Shown: positions 18,050 through 27,216, counted from the first letter of the stretch. The stretch is DNA of 64,000 nucleotides from a virus (IMGVR_UViG_3300005337_000004:60745-124744); one strand, 5' to 3'. Notes: a model not told the origin generated them from the sequence alone. Translations and numbers: made by a program.

Positions 18050-18100
18050 TGGGCGATACTGGGATTGAACCAGTGACCTCTTCCGTGTCAGGGAAGCGCG
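18050..18100 (-). other. attP core: 3' portion of a tRNA-Val(GAC) gene (anticodon arm to acceptor 3' end), not a complete tRNA
   Basis: The reverse complement reads CTTCC-CTGACAC-GGAAG (anticodon loop with GAC), AGGTC, ACTGG-TTCAATC-CCAGT (T-arm), ATCGCCC-A. The 5' acceptor and D-arm are absent. It lies directly 3' of the integrase gene. Confidence 0.6.
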
Positions 18101-18227
18101 ATGCCCAGGTCAGAACGTTGAGGCTGGCCAGAGCGCTGCATCTTTGTCCACGGATGTCCACTCGTGTCCAGCGCTGTCAACCTGGCTCTGTGCATGAATC
18201 GTGCACGACTTCGATCACCTTGAGTCA

Positions 18228-19400
18228 TCATGTTCTTGATGCCCGTGCATCCACTTCCGACATGCTCGGGCGCTGAAGCGCTGCCAAGCCGGTCTCGCCC
18301 CAGAGGTCAAGAATGGCCTGATGCTTGGTCGGATCAAGATGGGCGTACCGCTGAGTAGTTGAGTACTTCTCGTGCCCGAGAAGGTCCTGCACCCGGTACA
18401 GGTCGATCCCGCCCATCACCAGCCACGAAGCCGCCGTGTGCCGCATGTCGTTCGGGCTGCCCCGCCGCACCTTGTGTGCTGCGATTTCACACAGCACAGG
18501 TTCACCCTGGTCGTCGAACTCTCGGCAGTCGCACATTCGCGCCGCCGTCAGCGCGGGGTTGAAGACGCGGTTGCGGAAGTTGTTGTCGTTGAGGAAGCCG
18601 CCGCCCGGGGCAGTGAACACCATGTCCGACCGATCCTTGCCGTAGATCTGTCGCTCAAAGCGCTCCACCAGGAACGGCGCGATTGGAAGCGTGCGGTAGG
18701 ACTTCACGGTCTTCGGGTAGTCCCGAAGCCTCCCGTCGACCGCGACCCGGACGATGTGGGCCAGGCGAAGCTTCAGGTCGATGCAGTCAACCTTCAGGCC
18801 GGCGAGCTCCTCAATTCGAGGACCGACGTGCATGTCGAACTCCACCAGCAGTTTGTACGGCTTCCCGGTTGCCGCAACGATGGCGGTGGCTTCCTCGTGG
18901 CTCCAGAAGAACGGTGGCTTGCGAGGTGCCTGCGGTACGGCGAGGCTGCGTGCGGGGTTCGTGATGATGCGGCCCGTGTCGACGGCGTCGCCAAGCATCT
19001 TGGACATCAGCTTGGCGATGTTGATGATGGTCGGGATCCCAACTGCCGGGTCCTTAACGAGATCTTTCACCCACCCCTTGATGTCCTCGCGGCCAACCTC
19101 CAGCTCTTCGAGGGTCCACTCGCCATAGCGGGGCTCAACCCAAACGCGCCAGGTCGAGTCCTCGCGGGCCTCGGTTAGGTCGGCCACGACACGACCTTTC
19201 AGCCACTCCTCGTGCCAGGCCGACAGCTTGATGCGTCCGCGGCGGGGGTCTCGGAAGCGCCCGTTCTTCTTGGCCGCTTCCTGATCGTTAGCCCACCGCT
19301 CAACCACAGCCCTGTCGGGGTCGGTGTAGGGAATCCGCTCACCCTTAACGTAGACAAGCGCCTGCCAGTTGCCCGAGGGAAGTTGCCGGATGGTTGCCAC
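18228..19400 (-). CDS. int: tyrosine integrase
   Basis: N-terminal MATIRQLPSGNWQALVYVKG. C-terminal catalytic region has ...RHTAASWLV...HEKYSTTQRYAHL (R-H-R-Y). Adjacent to attP. Confidence 0.9.
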   Translation of the reverse strand: MATIRQLPSGNWQALVYVKGERIPYTDPDRAVVERWANDQEAAKKNGRFRDPRRGRIKLSAWHEEWLKGRVVADLTEAREDSTWRVWVEPRYGEWTLEELEVGREDIKGWVKDLVKDPAVGIPTIINIAKLMSKMLGDAVDTGRIITNPARSLAVPQAPRKPPFFWSHEEATAIVAATGKPYKLLVEFDMHVGPRIEELAGLKVDCIDLKLRLAHIVRVAVDGRLRDYPKTVKSYRTLPIAPFLVERFERQIYGKDRSDMVFTAPGGGFLNDNNFRNRVFNPALTAARMCDCREFDDQGEPVLCEIAAHKVRRGSPNDMRHTAASWLVMGGIDLYRVQDLLGHEKYSTTQRYAHLDPTKHQAILDLWGETGLAALQRPSMSEVDARASRT

Positions 19401-19474
19401 TGCGGCCCCCTGTGGTTGTCGATGACCTGCTTTAACGGTAGCGGCAGCATCAGACGGAGTCAGGGCCTTCGCTA

Positions 19475-19942
19475 CTACGAGGCTTGATCCTCTTCATTCT
19501 CGATACTGCGAAAAAGGGCACCGTCCTCCCGAGCACCTTCCATCGCCGCCCGCTCGTTTCGGCGGTACCGCTCAAGAATGGTCTTGCGTACCCTCAGGCT
19601 GAGATCGGTCCAGCTCATAATCTCCTGCGCGCGAGGGTCGGAGATCACTTCATCCGCTTCGCCAACGCCGAGCAGCTCTAGCAAGCCGTGGTGACCAGCC
19701 GCACGCATGGCTTCAACCGGCGGCCGGCCAAAGAAGAGCGCAGCTCGACCGGCAGTGTCGGCGTCCGGAGCCTTCGTTGCCCCATCGCGCCACTTGCTAA
19801 TGGCGGAGGGTGTTACTTTGGCTGCTTTTGCAAGGTCTTGCTGCTTGGCTTCGGGATGTGCCGCGAACTGGGCATTCACCCAAGCCGGCCAGGTGGCTTT
19901 GCTGTCCGGCGCGCCGCCGCTGCTTGTCATGCGCCATTCCAT
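19475..19942 (-). CDS. CI-like repressor (XRE HTH)
   Basis: HTH at QQDLAKAAKVTPSAISKWRDG. It is divergent from cro-like genes. The ORF is open to 20041, but the palindromic operator at 19979-19992 argues for an internal start (M34 or M38, about 19930-19942). Confidence 0.6.
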   Translation of the reverse strand: MEWRMTSSGGAPDSKATWPAWVNAQFAAHPEAKQQDLAKAAKVTPSAISKWRDGATKAPDADTAGRAALFFGRPPVEAMRAAGHHGLLELLGVGEADEVISDPRAQEIMSWTDLSLRVRKTILERYRRNERAAMEGAREDGALFRSIENEEDQAS

Positions 19943-19978
19943 TCGGTCGCGTGTCGTAAGCACCCTATCCCCTAAAAG

Positions 19979-20206
19979 TTGCCTGTAGGCAATTTTCCTT
20001 GCCGACACTCCGCGCCATGCCCTACGCAACCTAGGCGTCACGGCGCGTGATGACCAGTATCAGGCCACGAATTTCCTGCTCGCTCGGGAGCATCCGTACC
20101 CTGCGCGCCCCATTTTCAAGAGTGGTTGTGATCATGACTACGTGGCTGTAGTGTCGTGCACGACAGAAAAGGTTGCCTGTAGGACACGCGACCGAAGGCC
20201 TGTAGA
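19979..20206. promoter_or_regulatory. operator sites TTGCCTGTAGG(CAA) in the repressor/cro divergent region
   Basis: TTGCCTGTAGGCAA (19979-19992, palindromic), TTGCCTGTAGG (20173-20183) and GGCCTGTAGA (20197-20206). They flank the divergent starts of the repressor (-) and cro-like (+, 20221) genes. Confidence 0.45.
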
Positions 20207-20220
20207 ACCGAGGACGGCCG

Positions 20221-20517
20221 ATGCCAATCCGCCCCATCCCGCGCTACAAGCTCCTCCCGAACGGTCTCGACAACATCGTCGACAGCGACCCCGAGAATCT
20301 TCGGAAGGGCAACGGCGCACCGAACGTCGCCGCGATCGCCCGCGCCGCCGACATCAACAAGAGCGCCTTCAACCGCTTCGTCAAGGGCAAGCGCCCCTGG
20401 GCCGGGTACGGCACCGTCCAGCGCGTATCGACCGTCGTCGCCGAGGCCCGTGACATCAGCGTCGAAGAGGCTCAGCGCATGATCTTCGTGCCCGTGGAAG
20501 ACGCGGTGGCGGCATGA
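20221..20517 (+). CDS. Cro-like HTH DNA-binding protein
   Basis: 98 aa with an HTH at NVAAIARAADINKSAFNRFVKG. First + gene of the early operon. Confidence 0.5.
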   Translation: MPIRPIPRYKLLPNGLDNIVDSDPENLRKGNGAPNVAAIARAADINKSAFNRFVKGKRPWAGYGTVQRVSTVVAEARDISVEEAQRMIFVPVEDAVAA

Positions 20518-20771
20518 CCGCGACAACCCGCGAGGCGCGGAACGCCGCAGTGAAGCTCCTCACTATCCCTGAGGCAGCTGAGCGGATGGGAGTCAGCCGC
20601 TCTCACGTCTACAACCTGATCGGGGCTGGCGAACTGGAGTTCGTCAACGTCGCCCTTCGCAAGAACGGACCGACGAAGAAGCGGGTCACCGAAGCCGCGA
20701 TCGAAGCGCTGTGCGAATCCCGCACCAAGCGACACCCGCGGCGGCGACTCGTTCGGGGGGCTGCGCTGTGA
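20514..20771 (+). CDS. excisionase-like HTH protein (Xis/MerR-type)
   Basis: Contains LTIPEAAERMGVSRSHVYNLIGAGELEF, the Xis-family HTH. ATGA overlap with the upstream gene. Confidence 0.5.
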   Translation: MTATTREARNAAVKLLTIPEAAERMGVSRSHVYNLIGAGELEFVNVALRKNGPTKKRVTEAAIEALCESRTKRHPRRRLVRGAAL

Positions 20772-21121
20772 GCGCCAAGAAGCGTCCCAACATCCATAAC
20801 CTCCCGGCGGCGGTGTACCGACTGTTCGACGAGCACGGCGTCCTACTGTACGTCGGCGCGTCCTACGACCCCAATGCACGCATCAAACGCCACATGGCGA
20901 AGTCGTGGGGATCGGAAATCGCCCGCACCAAGGTCAGCTGGTACGACGATCGCCGGACAGCCTTCGGTGTCGAAGCCATTGCGATCCGCGAGGAAGATCC
21001 GCGGTACAACCGCGATTCGCCCAACCCGCAGTCCTTCGAGGTGACCGGCATCCCAAGCGAGGCCGACTACGACCGGTGGGACGAAGACATCGTTCGCGCC
21101 CTAACGGAACTCGGTCACTAG
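20768..21121 (+). CDS. GIY-YIG domain protein
   Basis: N-terminal AVYRLFDEHGVLLYVGASYDPNARIKRH is a GIY-YIG-like motif. It is a paralog of the - strand gene 49194..49676 (VYRFYDSTGVLLYVGIT). Confidence 0.5.
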   Translation: MSAKKRPNIHNLPAAVYRLFDEHGVLLYVGASYDPNARIKRHMAKSWGSEIARTKVSWYDDRRTAFGVEAIAIREEDPRYNRDSPNPQSFEVTGIPSEADYDRWDEDIVRALTELGH

Positions 21122-21219
21122 CACCTTCAACGCGTGAGGGCGATCAGCCGGCGGCCACCAGCCAATCGCCCAGATCACGCAGCACCGTCACGAGATCAAT
21201 CACTGCACTCAGGAAGAAG

Positions 21220-21711
21220 GTGACGGAATTGCGCTGGTTCCAGCGTAAGCCCCGTTCGCACCGCAAGACCAATCGCAACGACTTAACGGTCGTTTCTCGC
21301 CAGCCGCAGACCGCCGTGGTTCACGCGGTCGAGAAGCTGCCGTCGCTCCCGCCCGGGACGATGCCGCAGCGCACGGTGGAACTGCCGAAGCTTCCGCCGC
21401 GCACCGCCCCGACGCCGATGCCGTCGAGGGCCGAGTTGGACGAGGCGGCAAAGCGTCTAACGAGCTCGTTCAGCGGCCACTTCCGGCTCAAGGGCAACGT
21501 GCCGCTGTTCCGCGACGACATGACGTTGGACGAGTTCGACGAGCAGCGCACGGAGCGTTTGCGTCGCCTCCAAGACCTGTCGAAAGCGTGGCCGGACGCG
21601 CACGGCGTGAACTTCGGCGACCATCACGGTCCGAAGACGCTGGTGTTCTCCACCACCGACTACCCCCGGTTCAGCGACGGCACCGGCTCGATCCCGGCGG
21701 TGAAGCGATGA
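21220..21711 (+). CDS. hypothetical protein (Pro-rich)
   Basis: GTG start with an AGGAAGAAGG RBS. No domain recognised. Confidence 0.35.
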   Translation: MTELRWFQRKPRSHRKTNRNDLTVVSRQPQTAVVHAVEKLPSLPPGTMPQRTVELPKLPPRTAPTPMPSRAELDEAAKRLTSSFSGHFRLKGNVPLFRDDMTLDEFDEQRTERLRRLQDLSKAWPDAHGVNFGDHHGPKTLVFSTTDYPRFSDGTGSIPAVKR

Positions 21712-22136
21712 GCGTTCTCACCGACCGGTTCATGCTGAACACGCACGCCGCCGGCCACAAGCTCCTGTTCTCCGCGATCGACGTCGCCGCGAAGGTCCAC
21801 ACCCTGCTCCCTGACGGCGTGACCTTGAGGGCCTGGACGCTGCTGCCGTGCGAGGTCGCCGGCGAGGTGGTGTCGCTGGACGACAAGACCGCGATCGGCT
21901 GGATTGTTTGGCTCTCACAGCAGCCGGACTGGCGCTTCGAGGAGAGCCTGCTGAAGCACTCCAACTTCCTGCCCGAGCCCTATGCCGTCATCGCCGCGAT
22001 CACCGACGTGGACGGCATGCAGGTCCGGATCTGGGCGCACGTCACGGCCGAGTCGCAGAAGGCGACGGTCCCGACCATCACGTCACAGAAGGCCGCGGTC
22101 TCGACCGTAACCAAGGAGAAGGGGGAGGCGGCATGA
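21708..22136 (+). CDS. hypothetical protein
   Basis: ATGA overlap with the upstream gene. No domain recognised. Confidence 0.4.
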   Translation: MSVLTDRFMLNTHAAGHKLLFSAIDVAAKVHTLLPDGVTLRAWTLLPCEVAGEVVSLDDKTAIGWIVWLSQQPDWRFEESLLKHSNFLPEPYAVIAAITDVDGMQVRIWAHVTAESQKATVPTITSQKAAVSTVTKEKGEAA

Positions 22137-22558
22137 CGACCATCTTGGAACGCGCCGAAGAGTTCGCCGCCATCCTGGACGACGCCCGCAGCGAGCGGCC
22201 GTGGCGTCACGGCACCTCGGTCACCACGCGCTGGTTCGACGGGGACATGCTGGACGAGGGTTCTGCCTGGATCAAGGCCAACTCGGACATCCTGCCGTAC
22301 AACATCGACGCGTCGTGGCGGCAGATGGACAACGGTCCGCTGTTGACGCTGCGGGCGCGGAACGTCAAGGACGTGGCCGTGCTGCTGGCCTCGGCCTACG
22401 CACTTTCGGACCGTTTCGGCGTGGGCGTGTCGACGTATCAGCCGTCGCGCCTGGGCACGATCGGCGTGACGGTGGAGCGGATCTCCACGAACGGTTTCCG
22501 GGTCGGCGGCCTGCGGATTGACTTCTCCGGTTCGGCACGGACGGCGGTGGCGTCATGA
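22133..22558 (+). CDS. hypothetical protein
   Basis: ATG with a GGGGGAGG RBS and an ATGA overlap. Confidence 0.4.
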   Translation: MTTILERAEEFAAILDDARSERPWRHGTSVTTRWFDGDMLDEGSAWIKANSDILPYNIDASWRQMDNGPLLTLRARNVKDVAVLLASAYALSDRFGVGVSTYQPSRLGTIGVTVERISTNGFRVGGLRIDFSGSARTAVAS

Positions 22559-22947
22559 CCGCCGTTCTGGACACACGGACCCTTCCCGCTCTCGTCGAGC
22601 CTTCGGGCGCGCAGGTGATGCAGGACTGCGCCGAGGCTCTGGCCGATCCGTCGCTAATCGACGCGGTCTCCTCGTTCCTGGCCATGCACGAGGCTGCGGC
22701 CGAGGCGTGGGACCGGGCTCGCGCGGCGGATGCCGGCGGCTGGGGCGGTTTCGACGATGAGGCGGAGCGCCTGTCCGGTGAGGCCAAGGTCGCGTGGATG
22801 AAGATCGCGGTGGCTCGGTCGCGGCATGGCCTGTTCGTGGCGGACGAGGTGCTGGAGGTCGGCGCCGACTACTACGTGGGCCGGCGCCGGGCAGCCGGGC
22901 AGCCGGTGGTGCAGTCCGGCCCGTGCGACTGGTCGAGGGGGCGGTGA
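22555..22947 (+). CDS. hypothetical protein
   Basis: ATGA overlap with the upstream gene. Acidic protein. Confidence 0.4.
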   Translation: MTAVLDTRTLPALVEPSGAQVMQDCAEALADPSLIDAVSSFLAMHEAAAEAWDRARAADAGGWGGFDDEAERLSGEAKVAWMKIAVARSRHGLFVADEVLEVGADYYVGRRRAAGQPVVQSGPCDWSRGR

Positions 22948-23366
22948 GCATGAGCACCCCACTGCCGCACCGCGTCCCGGGCGCCGCGCTCGTCGGCCCG
23001 CTGCCGACTGTCGGCTTCCATGACGGCTCGCGTGTCGTGTACTCGCCGCCGAAGGACACCATGGATGTCCGCTGGGAGACGTGCGTCCACCACCGTGTGG
23101 CCTGCGACTGCCGCGAGGCAGAGCACGCCGAGACCGTCAGCGAGCTGCGCCACGAGATGCGCAGGGTCGAAAAGGCGTTCGCCGAGATCCTCAAGGGCCA
23201 TCAGACCTGGGCGTACACCGCTACGGGCGAAGACGAGTTCGCACAGTGCCAGTGCACCGGCTGCCAGATCGTGCGGCTCGCCGATGCCGGGCTGCGTTCG
23301 TACTCGCAGATCGGGCGCGAGCGTGAGGCTGCCGGGCTGCCGTGGACGATCGGTGGTGAGGAGTGA
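22944..23366 (+). CDS. hypothetical Cys/His-rich protein
   Basis: Start is GTG 22944 (GTGA overlap) or ATG 22950. Contains CVHHRVACDCREAEH...CQCTGC. Confidence 0.4.
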   Translation: MSMSTPLPHRVPGAALVGPLPTVGFHDGSRVVYSPPKDTMDVRWETCVHHRVACDCREAEHAETVSELRHEMRRVEKAFAEILKGHQTWAYTATGEDEFAQCQCTGCQIVRLADAGLRSYSQIGREREAAGLPWTIGGEE

Positions 23367-23608
23367 CTCCCAAGGAAGTACAACTCGGCGAGATTCGCCG
23401 GCAGATCGCCGACTGGCGCAAGGACGCCGCCGGCAGCCGCAAGCGGGCGGCCGAGCTCCGGAAGCACGCCGACGAGAACGACTCCGAGGCCGCGCACGCC
23501 GAGGAGATGGCGCGCCGCTGGGAGGTCGTCCACGACGCCGTCCGGTTCGGCGTGGTGCCGAACCTGGACGGCTGCACCGGCCCGAACACCGAGGAGGTGC
23601 CGTTCTGA
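23363..23608 (+). CDS. hypothetical protein
   Basis: 81-aa charged protein, translationally coupled to its neighbours. Confidence 0.35.
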   Translation: MTPKEVQLGEIRRQIADWRKDAAGSRKRAAELRKHADENDSEAAHAEEMARRWEVVHDAVRFGVVPNLDGCTGPNTEEVPF

Positions 23609-24504
23609 TGACCATTACTACGGACGCGCCGCTGAAGTTCGAGGACTACACGGTGACCGGCCCCGGCGTCTACGACATCCCGGAGGACGTGTATCACGCC
23701 GACCCCGTGCCCGGCGGCTCGCTGTCCAGTACCGGCGCCCGGCTGCTCGTGGAGCCGGGCGGCCCGGCGAAGTTCGCCTGGGCGCGCAGCCACGGCAAGC
23801 TGCCCACCGAGGCTATGGAGTTCGGCACCGCGGCGCACCACCAGATCCTCGGTACCGGCGCCGAGGTGGTGCCGATCGACGCCGAGAACTACCAGACAAA
23901 GAAGGCGCAGCAGGCCCGCGACGAAGCCCGCGAACGCGGCGCGGTGCCGATGCTGCCGCATCAGCTCGACGCGCTCGGCGCCATGGCGCAGGCGCTTCGC
24001 GAGCACCCGTTGGCCTCAGCACTGCTGACCGGCTGGGGACGCCCGGAGCAGTCCGCGTTCTGGCGCGACAGGGAGACGGGTGTCATCTGTCGGTCCCGGT
24101 ACGACGTGTTCCCAACCGGCAAGACGGTCCTGGGGCGCGTGCTGGTTCCGGACTACAAGACCGCTAAGGATGCCAGCCCGGAAGCCTTCGCCAGGGCCGT
24201 AAATGAGCGCGGATACCACCAGCAGGCACCGTTCTATCTCGACGGGCTGCGTGCGCTCGGGCTGGCCAATGAGGACGCGGCGTTCGCGTTCGTCGTGCAG
24301 GAGAAGACGCCGCCGTACCTGGTGGCGGTCTACCAGCTCGACGCCGCTGCCGAGTTGATCGGCGCCGCCCGCAATCGCAGGGCTCTGCGCACCTACGCCG
24401 AGTGCACCGCTTCCGGGCGCTGGCCCGGCTACTCCGAAGACATCGAGACCGTGAGCCTGCCCGCATGGGTGGAGATCCGGGCATGGGAGGACGAGGAACT
24501 GTGA
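23608..24504 (+). CDS. PD-(D/E)xK-family exonuclease (RecE/YqaJ-like)
   Basis: TGATG overlap with the upstream gene. Contains ...VLVPDYKTAK... ((D/E)xK) together with upstream acidic residues. It is followed by a RecT-like gene. Confidence 0.55.
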   Translation: MTITTDAPLKFEDYTVTGPGVYDIPEDVYHADPVPGGSLSSTGARLLVEPGGPAKFAWARSHGKLPTEAMEFGTAAHHQILGTGAEVVPIDAENYQTKKAQQARDEARERGAVPMLPHQLDALGAMAQALREHPLASALLTGWGRPEQSAFWRDRETGVICRSRYDVFPTGKTVLGRVLVPDYKTAKDASPEAFARAVNERGYHQQAPFYLDGLRALGLANEDAAFAFVVQEKTPPYLVAVYQLDAAAELIGAARNRRALRTYAECTASGRWPGYSEDIETVSLPAWVEIRAWEDEEL

Positions 24505-25679
24505 CCGAGATCGCCATCCCCGAGAGCAACGCGCCCGCCGAAGTGGTGCGGCAGATGCCCGGCACGCCGTCGCCGCTGACGCTATGGGCTGCCGAAGCCC
24601 ACCAGGCCAGCATGGTCGCCAAGGCGCTGGCCCGGACCTCGTTCGTGCCCGCCAGCATGCGCGGCAAGGACAACGACCCCGAGAAGGCCAACGAGATCAC
24701 CATTGGGAACGTCACTGCGGCGATCCTCACCGGCCAGGAGCTCGGCTTGCAGCCGATGGCGTCGCTGCGTTCCATGGACATCATCCAGGGCGTGCCGGGA
24801 CTGCGGGCGCACGCCATGCGCGGCCTGGTCCAGTCCCACGGCCACAAGCTCGTGAAGACGTCCTCCAGTGCCACAAAGGTCGTGTATCGCGGCAAGCGCA
24901 AGGGTGAGCGCGACTGGCAGGAAGTCGAGTGGACCATCGAGCGCGCGCAAAAGCTCGGACTGACCGTCAAGGACCAGTGGAAGAAGCAGCCGGAGACTAT
25001 GCTGATCGCTCGTGCGACCGGCGAGATCTGCCGCCTGATCGCCTCCGACGTGCTGCACGCGGCGCCGTACTGCGCCGAGGAACTGGACCCCGCCACGGCG
25101 GTTTCGCTCGGCTCGACCTCGGTATCCATCACCGCCGAGGAAGTCCTGAATGCCGTCGAGCCGAGCGCCGTCACCCCGTCGGATGCCAAAAACGAACCGG
25201 CGTGGTCGCCGCACGACGGCCATCCTGCTGGCGAGTTCGACCCTTGGTGCAACGGCTGCGCCGCCGAGTTTATTGCGGGCCGCGAAGCAGTGCGTCCGGA
25301 CTACATGAAGCAGGCCGAGAAGGCGTCGAGCGCTGATGAGTTCCGGGCCGTGGTGACCGCGGCGGAGGCTGCCGGCCACATGGACGAGGCGCTGCGGACG
25401 AGCCTGGCTGAGGTGTGGAAGGCAAAGGCTGCCGCAGCCCCGGCACCGCATGCTCCGGCTCAAACGGAGGTTCAGGCCGAGCGTGCCGACGACGGCGAAA
25501 ACGGCGACCCGGAGGAGTTGGACCGGGTGTACGCCGCGGTGGTCGAGAACGCCCCGGACTGGGACATGAAGCGGCTGAACGCCGAGTTCGCGTCCCGGAA
25601 CGGCGGGGTGATGCTCAAGTCCGGCACCATCGCCGAGCTGCAGGTGTTCCTGGAGTGGCTGAAGGGCGGTGCGAAGTGA
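24501..25679 (+). CDS. RecT/Redbeta-like single-strand annealing protein (putative)
   Basis: GTGA overlap with the exonuclease gene. Call rests on position and general composition; no sequence signature shown; weak. Confidence 0.45.
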   Translation: MTEIAIPESNAPAEVVRQMPGTPSPLTLWAAEAHQASMVAKALARTSFVPASMRGKDNDPEKANEITIGNVTAAILTGQELGLQPMASLRSMDIIQGVPGLRAHAMRGLVQSHGHKLVKTSSSATKVVYRGKRKGERDWQEVEWTIERAQKLGLTVKDQWKKQPETMLIARATGEICRLIASDVLHAAPYCAEELDPATAVSLGSTSVSITAEEVLNAVEPSAVTPSDAKNEPAWSPHDGHPAGEFDPWCNGCAAEFIAGREAVRPDYMKQAEKASSADEFRAVVTAAEAAGHMDEALRTSLAEVWKAKAAAAPAPHAPAQTEVQAERADDGENGDPEELDRVYAAVVENAPDWDMKRLNAEFASRNGGVMLKSGTIAELQVFLEWLKGGAK

Positions 25680-26410
25680 CAGCGCCGTGGTGGGAGTCCG
25701 AGGCACTCGCCTGGGACACGGAGACAACCGGCCTGAACGTGCAGACCGACCGGGTCGTGACCGTCGCAATGGTCAGCCTCGGCGCCGGCAAGCCGACCTG
25801 CAAGCCGTTCCTCATCAACCCGGGCGTGGAGATCCCCGAGGCTGCGTCCCGGATCCATGGAGTGACGACTCAAATCGCCAAGGAGCGGGGCGTGGCCCCG
25901 GCCGGCGCGCTGGACGAAACCGCTGATGCGCTCGCCACCACCCTGTCCAAGGGCATGCCGGTGATCGGCATGAACCTGGTGTACGACCTGTCTCTGTTCC
26001 ACTTCGACTGCCTGCGCAACGGCGTGGACACCCTGTCGAAGCGGCTCGGCGGCCACGACCGGATTCGCCCGATCGTGGACGTGTACTGCCTCGACAAGCA
26101 GTTCAGCCGCCGCAAGGGCTCGCGGAAGCTCGGCGACATCTGCGCCTTCTACGGCGTGAAGCACCACGGCGCCCACGACTCCGGCTATGACGCGCTGGCT
26201 TCCGCAATGGCTGCGGCAGCGATCGCGCGCAAGTACCCGAAGATCGCGGCGATGTCGCTGGATGAGCTGCACGACGCGCAGGTGCGGTGGAAGCACGAAC
26301 AGAACGTCAGCTACCAGACGTACCGGCGCGAAGACCTGGGCGACCGGGACTTCACCGCCGACATGGGCTGGCCGCTGTACGACGAGGTACTGAAGGCGGG
26401 TGCGCTGTGA
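25676..26410 (+). CDS. DnaQ-like 3'-5' exonuclease (DEDDh)
   Basis: Exo I motif AWDTETTGL, Exo II ...IGMNLVYDLS..., and Exo III HGAHDSGYDALASA. Confidence 0.75.
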   Translation: MTAPWWESEALAWDTETTGLNVQTDRVVTVAMVSLGAGKPTCKPFLINPGVEIPEAASRIHGVTTQIAKERGVAPAGALDETADALATTLSKGMPVIGMNLVYDLSLFHFDCLRNGVDTLSKRLGGHDRIRPIVDVYCLDKQFSRRKGSRKLGDICAFYGVKHHGAHDSGYDALASAMAAAAIARKYPKIAAMSLDELHDAQVRWKHEQNVSYQTYRREDLGDRDFTADMGWPLYDEVLKAGAL

Positions 26411-26658
26411 CCGGGCTCCTTATCATCCTCGCCGCGTTCGCCGCCGCGTTCCTGCTGTTTTTCGGCTGGCTCGTAGTCCTGGGCTTGAAGGAACGGTGGG
26501 CATCGAACGCCGCGGCTGAGCGCGAGGCTGAGGCCTGGACAAAGCCGCTTGTTGCTCCGCGGATGTTCGACGCCAAGCCCTATATGCCGCCGCAGTGGCG
26601 CCCGCTCGACGACGAGGACCTGAAAGAGATCCCGCCTCGGGATACGCGGCCGGAGTAG
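26407..26658 (+). CDS. small membrane protein
   Basis: GTGA overlap with the upstream gene. N-terminal transmembrane segment (LLIILAAFAAAFLLFFGWLVVLGL). Confidence 0.35.
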   Translation: MTGLLIILAAFAAAFLLFFGWLVVLGLKERWASNAAAEREAEAWTKPLVAPRMFDAKPYMPPQWRPLDDEDLKEIPPRDTRPE

Positions 26659-26713
26659 TCCGGCGCCTTAAGCCGGTTCAGTCCGCACTCCCCCCGGCGG
26701 ATTGAACCACCGG

Positions 26714-26760
26714 CCGGCAGACGCCCCGCCCCGATCCTCCTATCCAGGGGCGTCTGCCGG
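26714..26760. terminator. long perfect hairpin (terminator or regulatory stem-loop)
   Basis: CCGGCAGACGCCCC ... GGGGCGTCTGCCGG, a 14-bp perfect stem with a 19-nt loop, in the 26660-26790 intergenic gap. No U-tract follows. Confidence 0.4.
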
Positions 26761-26793
26761 TCACCACAAACCACACCAAAGCTTGCACGGAAG

Positions 26794-27216
26794 TTGGCGC
26801 CAGCCATGTCCAAAACACGCACCTCACTCCCGATCAAGGGCGACACCGCACTCATAGACAAGCACGGCCGGCTTGGCGGCGAGACCGTCACGGACCCGGA
26901 CCCAACCACGGCGACTACCTACGCCGAGTGGGAGACCGACAACAAGTCGCGGATCCTCGCCGTCTACTTCAACAACCCCGACACCGCCTACCAGGTGTAC
27001 GAGGCGGCGCTGATCGCAGAAGTTGAAGAGCCCCCGGACACCGCGCATGACTGGGGCCAGTTCGCGAACTCGTGCAGCCGGCAGCAGTTGCTGATCCCGG
27101 CCGGGGTTGCACGCGCCCTGCGGAAGCGGACCGCAAAGTCGCTGGTGCACTCGTGGAAGGCCGGGCCGGCGCTGCTGGTCCAGGACGCCGACGCAGCCTC
27201 GGGAGCGGCCTCGTGA
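26794..27216 (+). CDS. hypothetical protein
   Basis: 140-aa ORF after the hairpin. No domain recognised. Confidence 0.4.
   Translation: MAPAMSKTRTSLPIKGDTALIDKHGRLGGETVTDPDPTTATTYAEWETDNKSRILAVYFNNPDTAYQVYEAALIAEVEEPPDTAHDWGQFANSCSRQQLLIPAGVARALRKRTAKSLVHSWKAGPALLVQDADAASGAAS

Noticed and set aside
18050-18100. Complete tRNA-Val gene next to the integrase
   Set aside because: Only the anticodon arm, T-arm and 3' acceptor strand are present. The 5' acceptor and D-arm are missing, which fits an attP core.
24501-25679. Confident RecT identification
   Set aside because: No family-specific motif could be verified by eye. The assignment rests on adjacency to the PD-(D/E)xK exonuclease, so it is only moderately confident.
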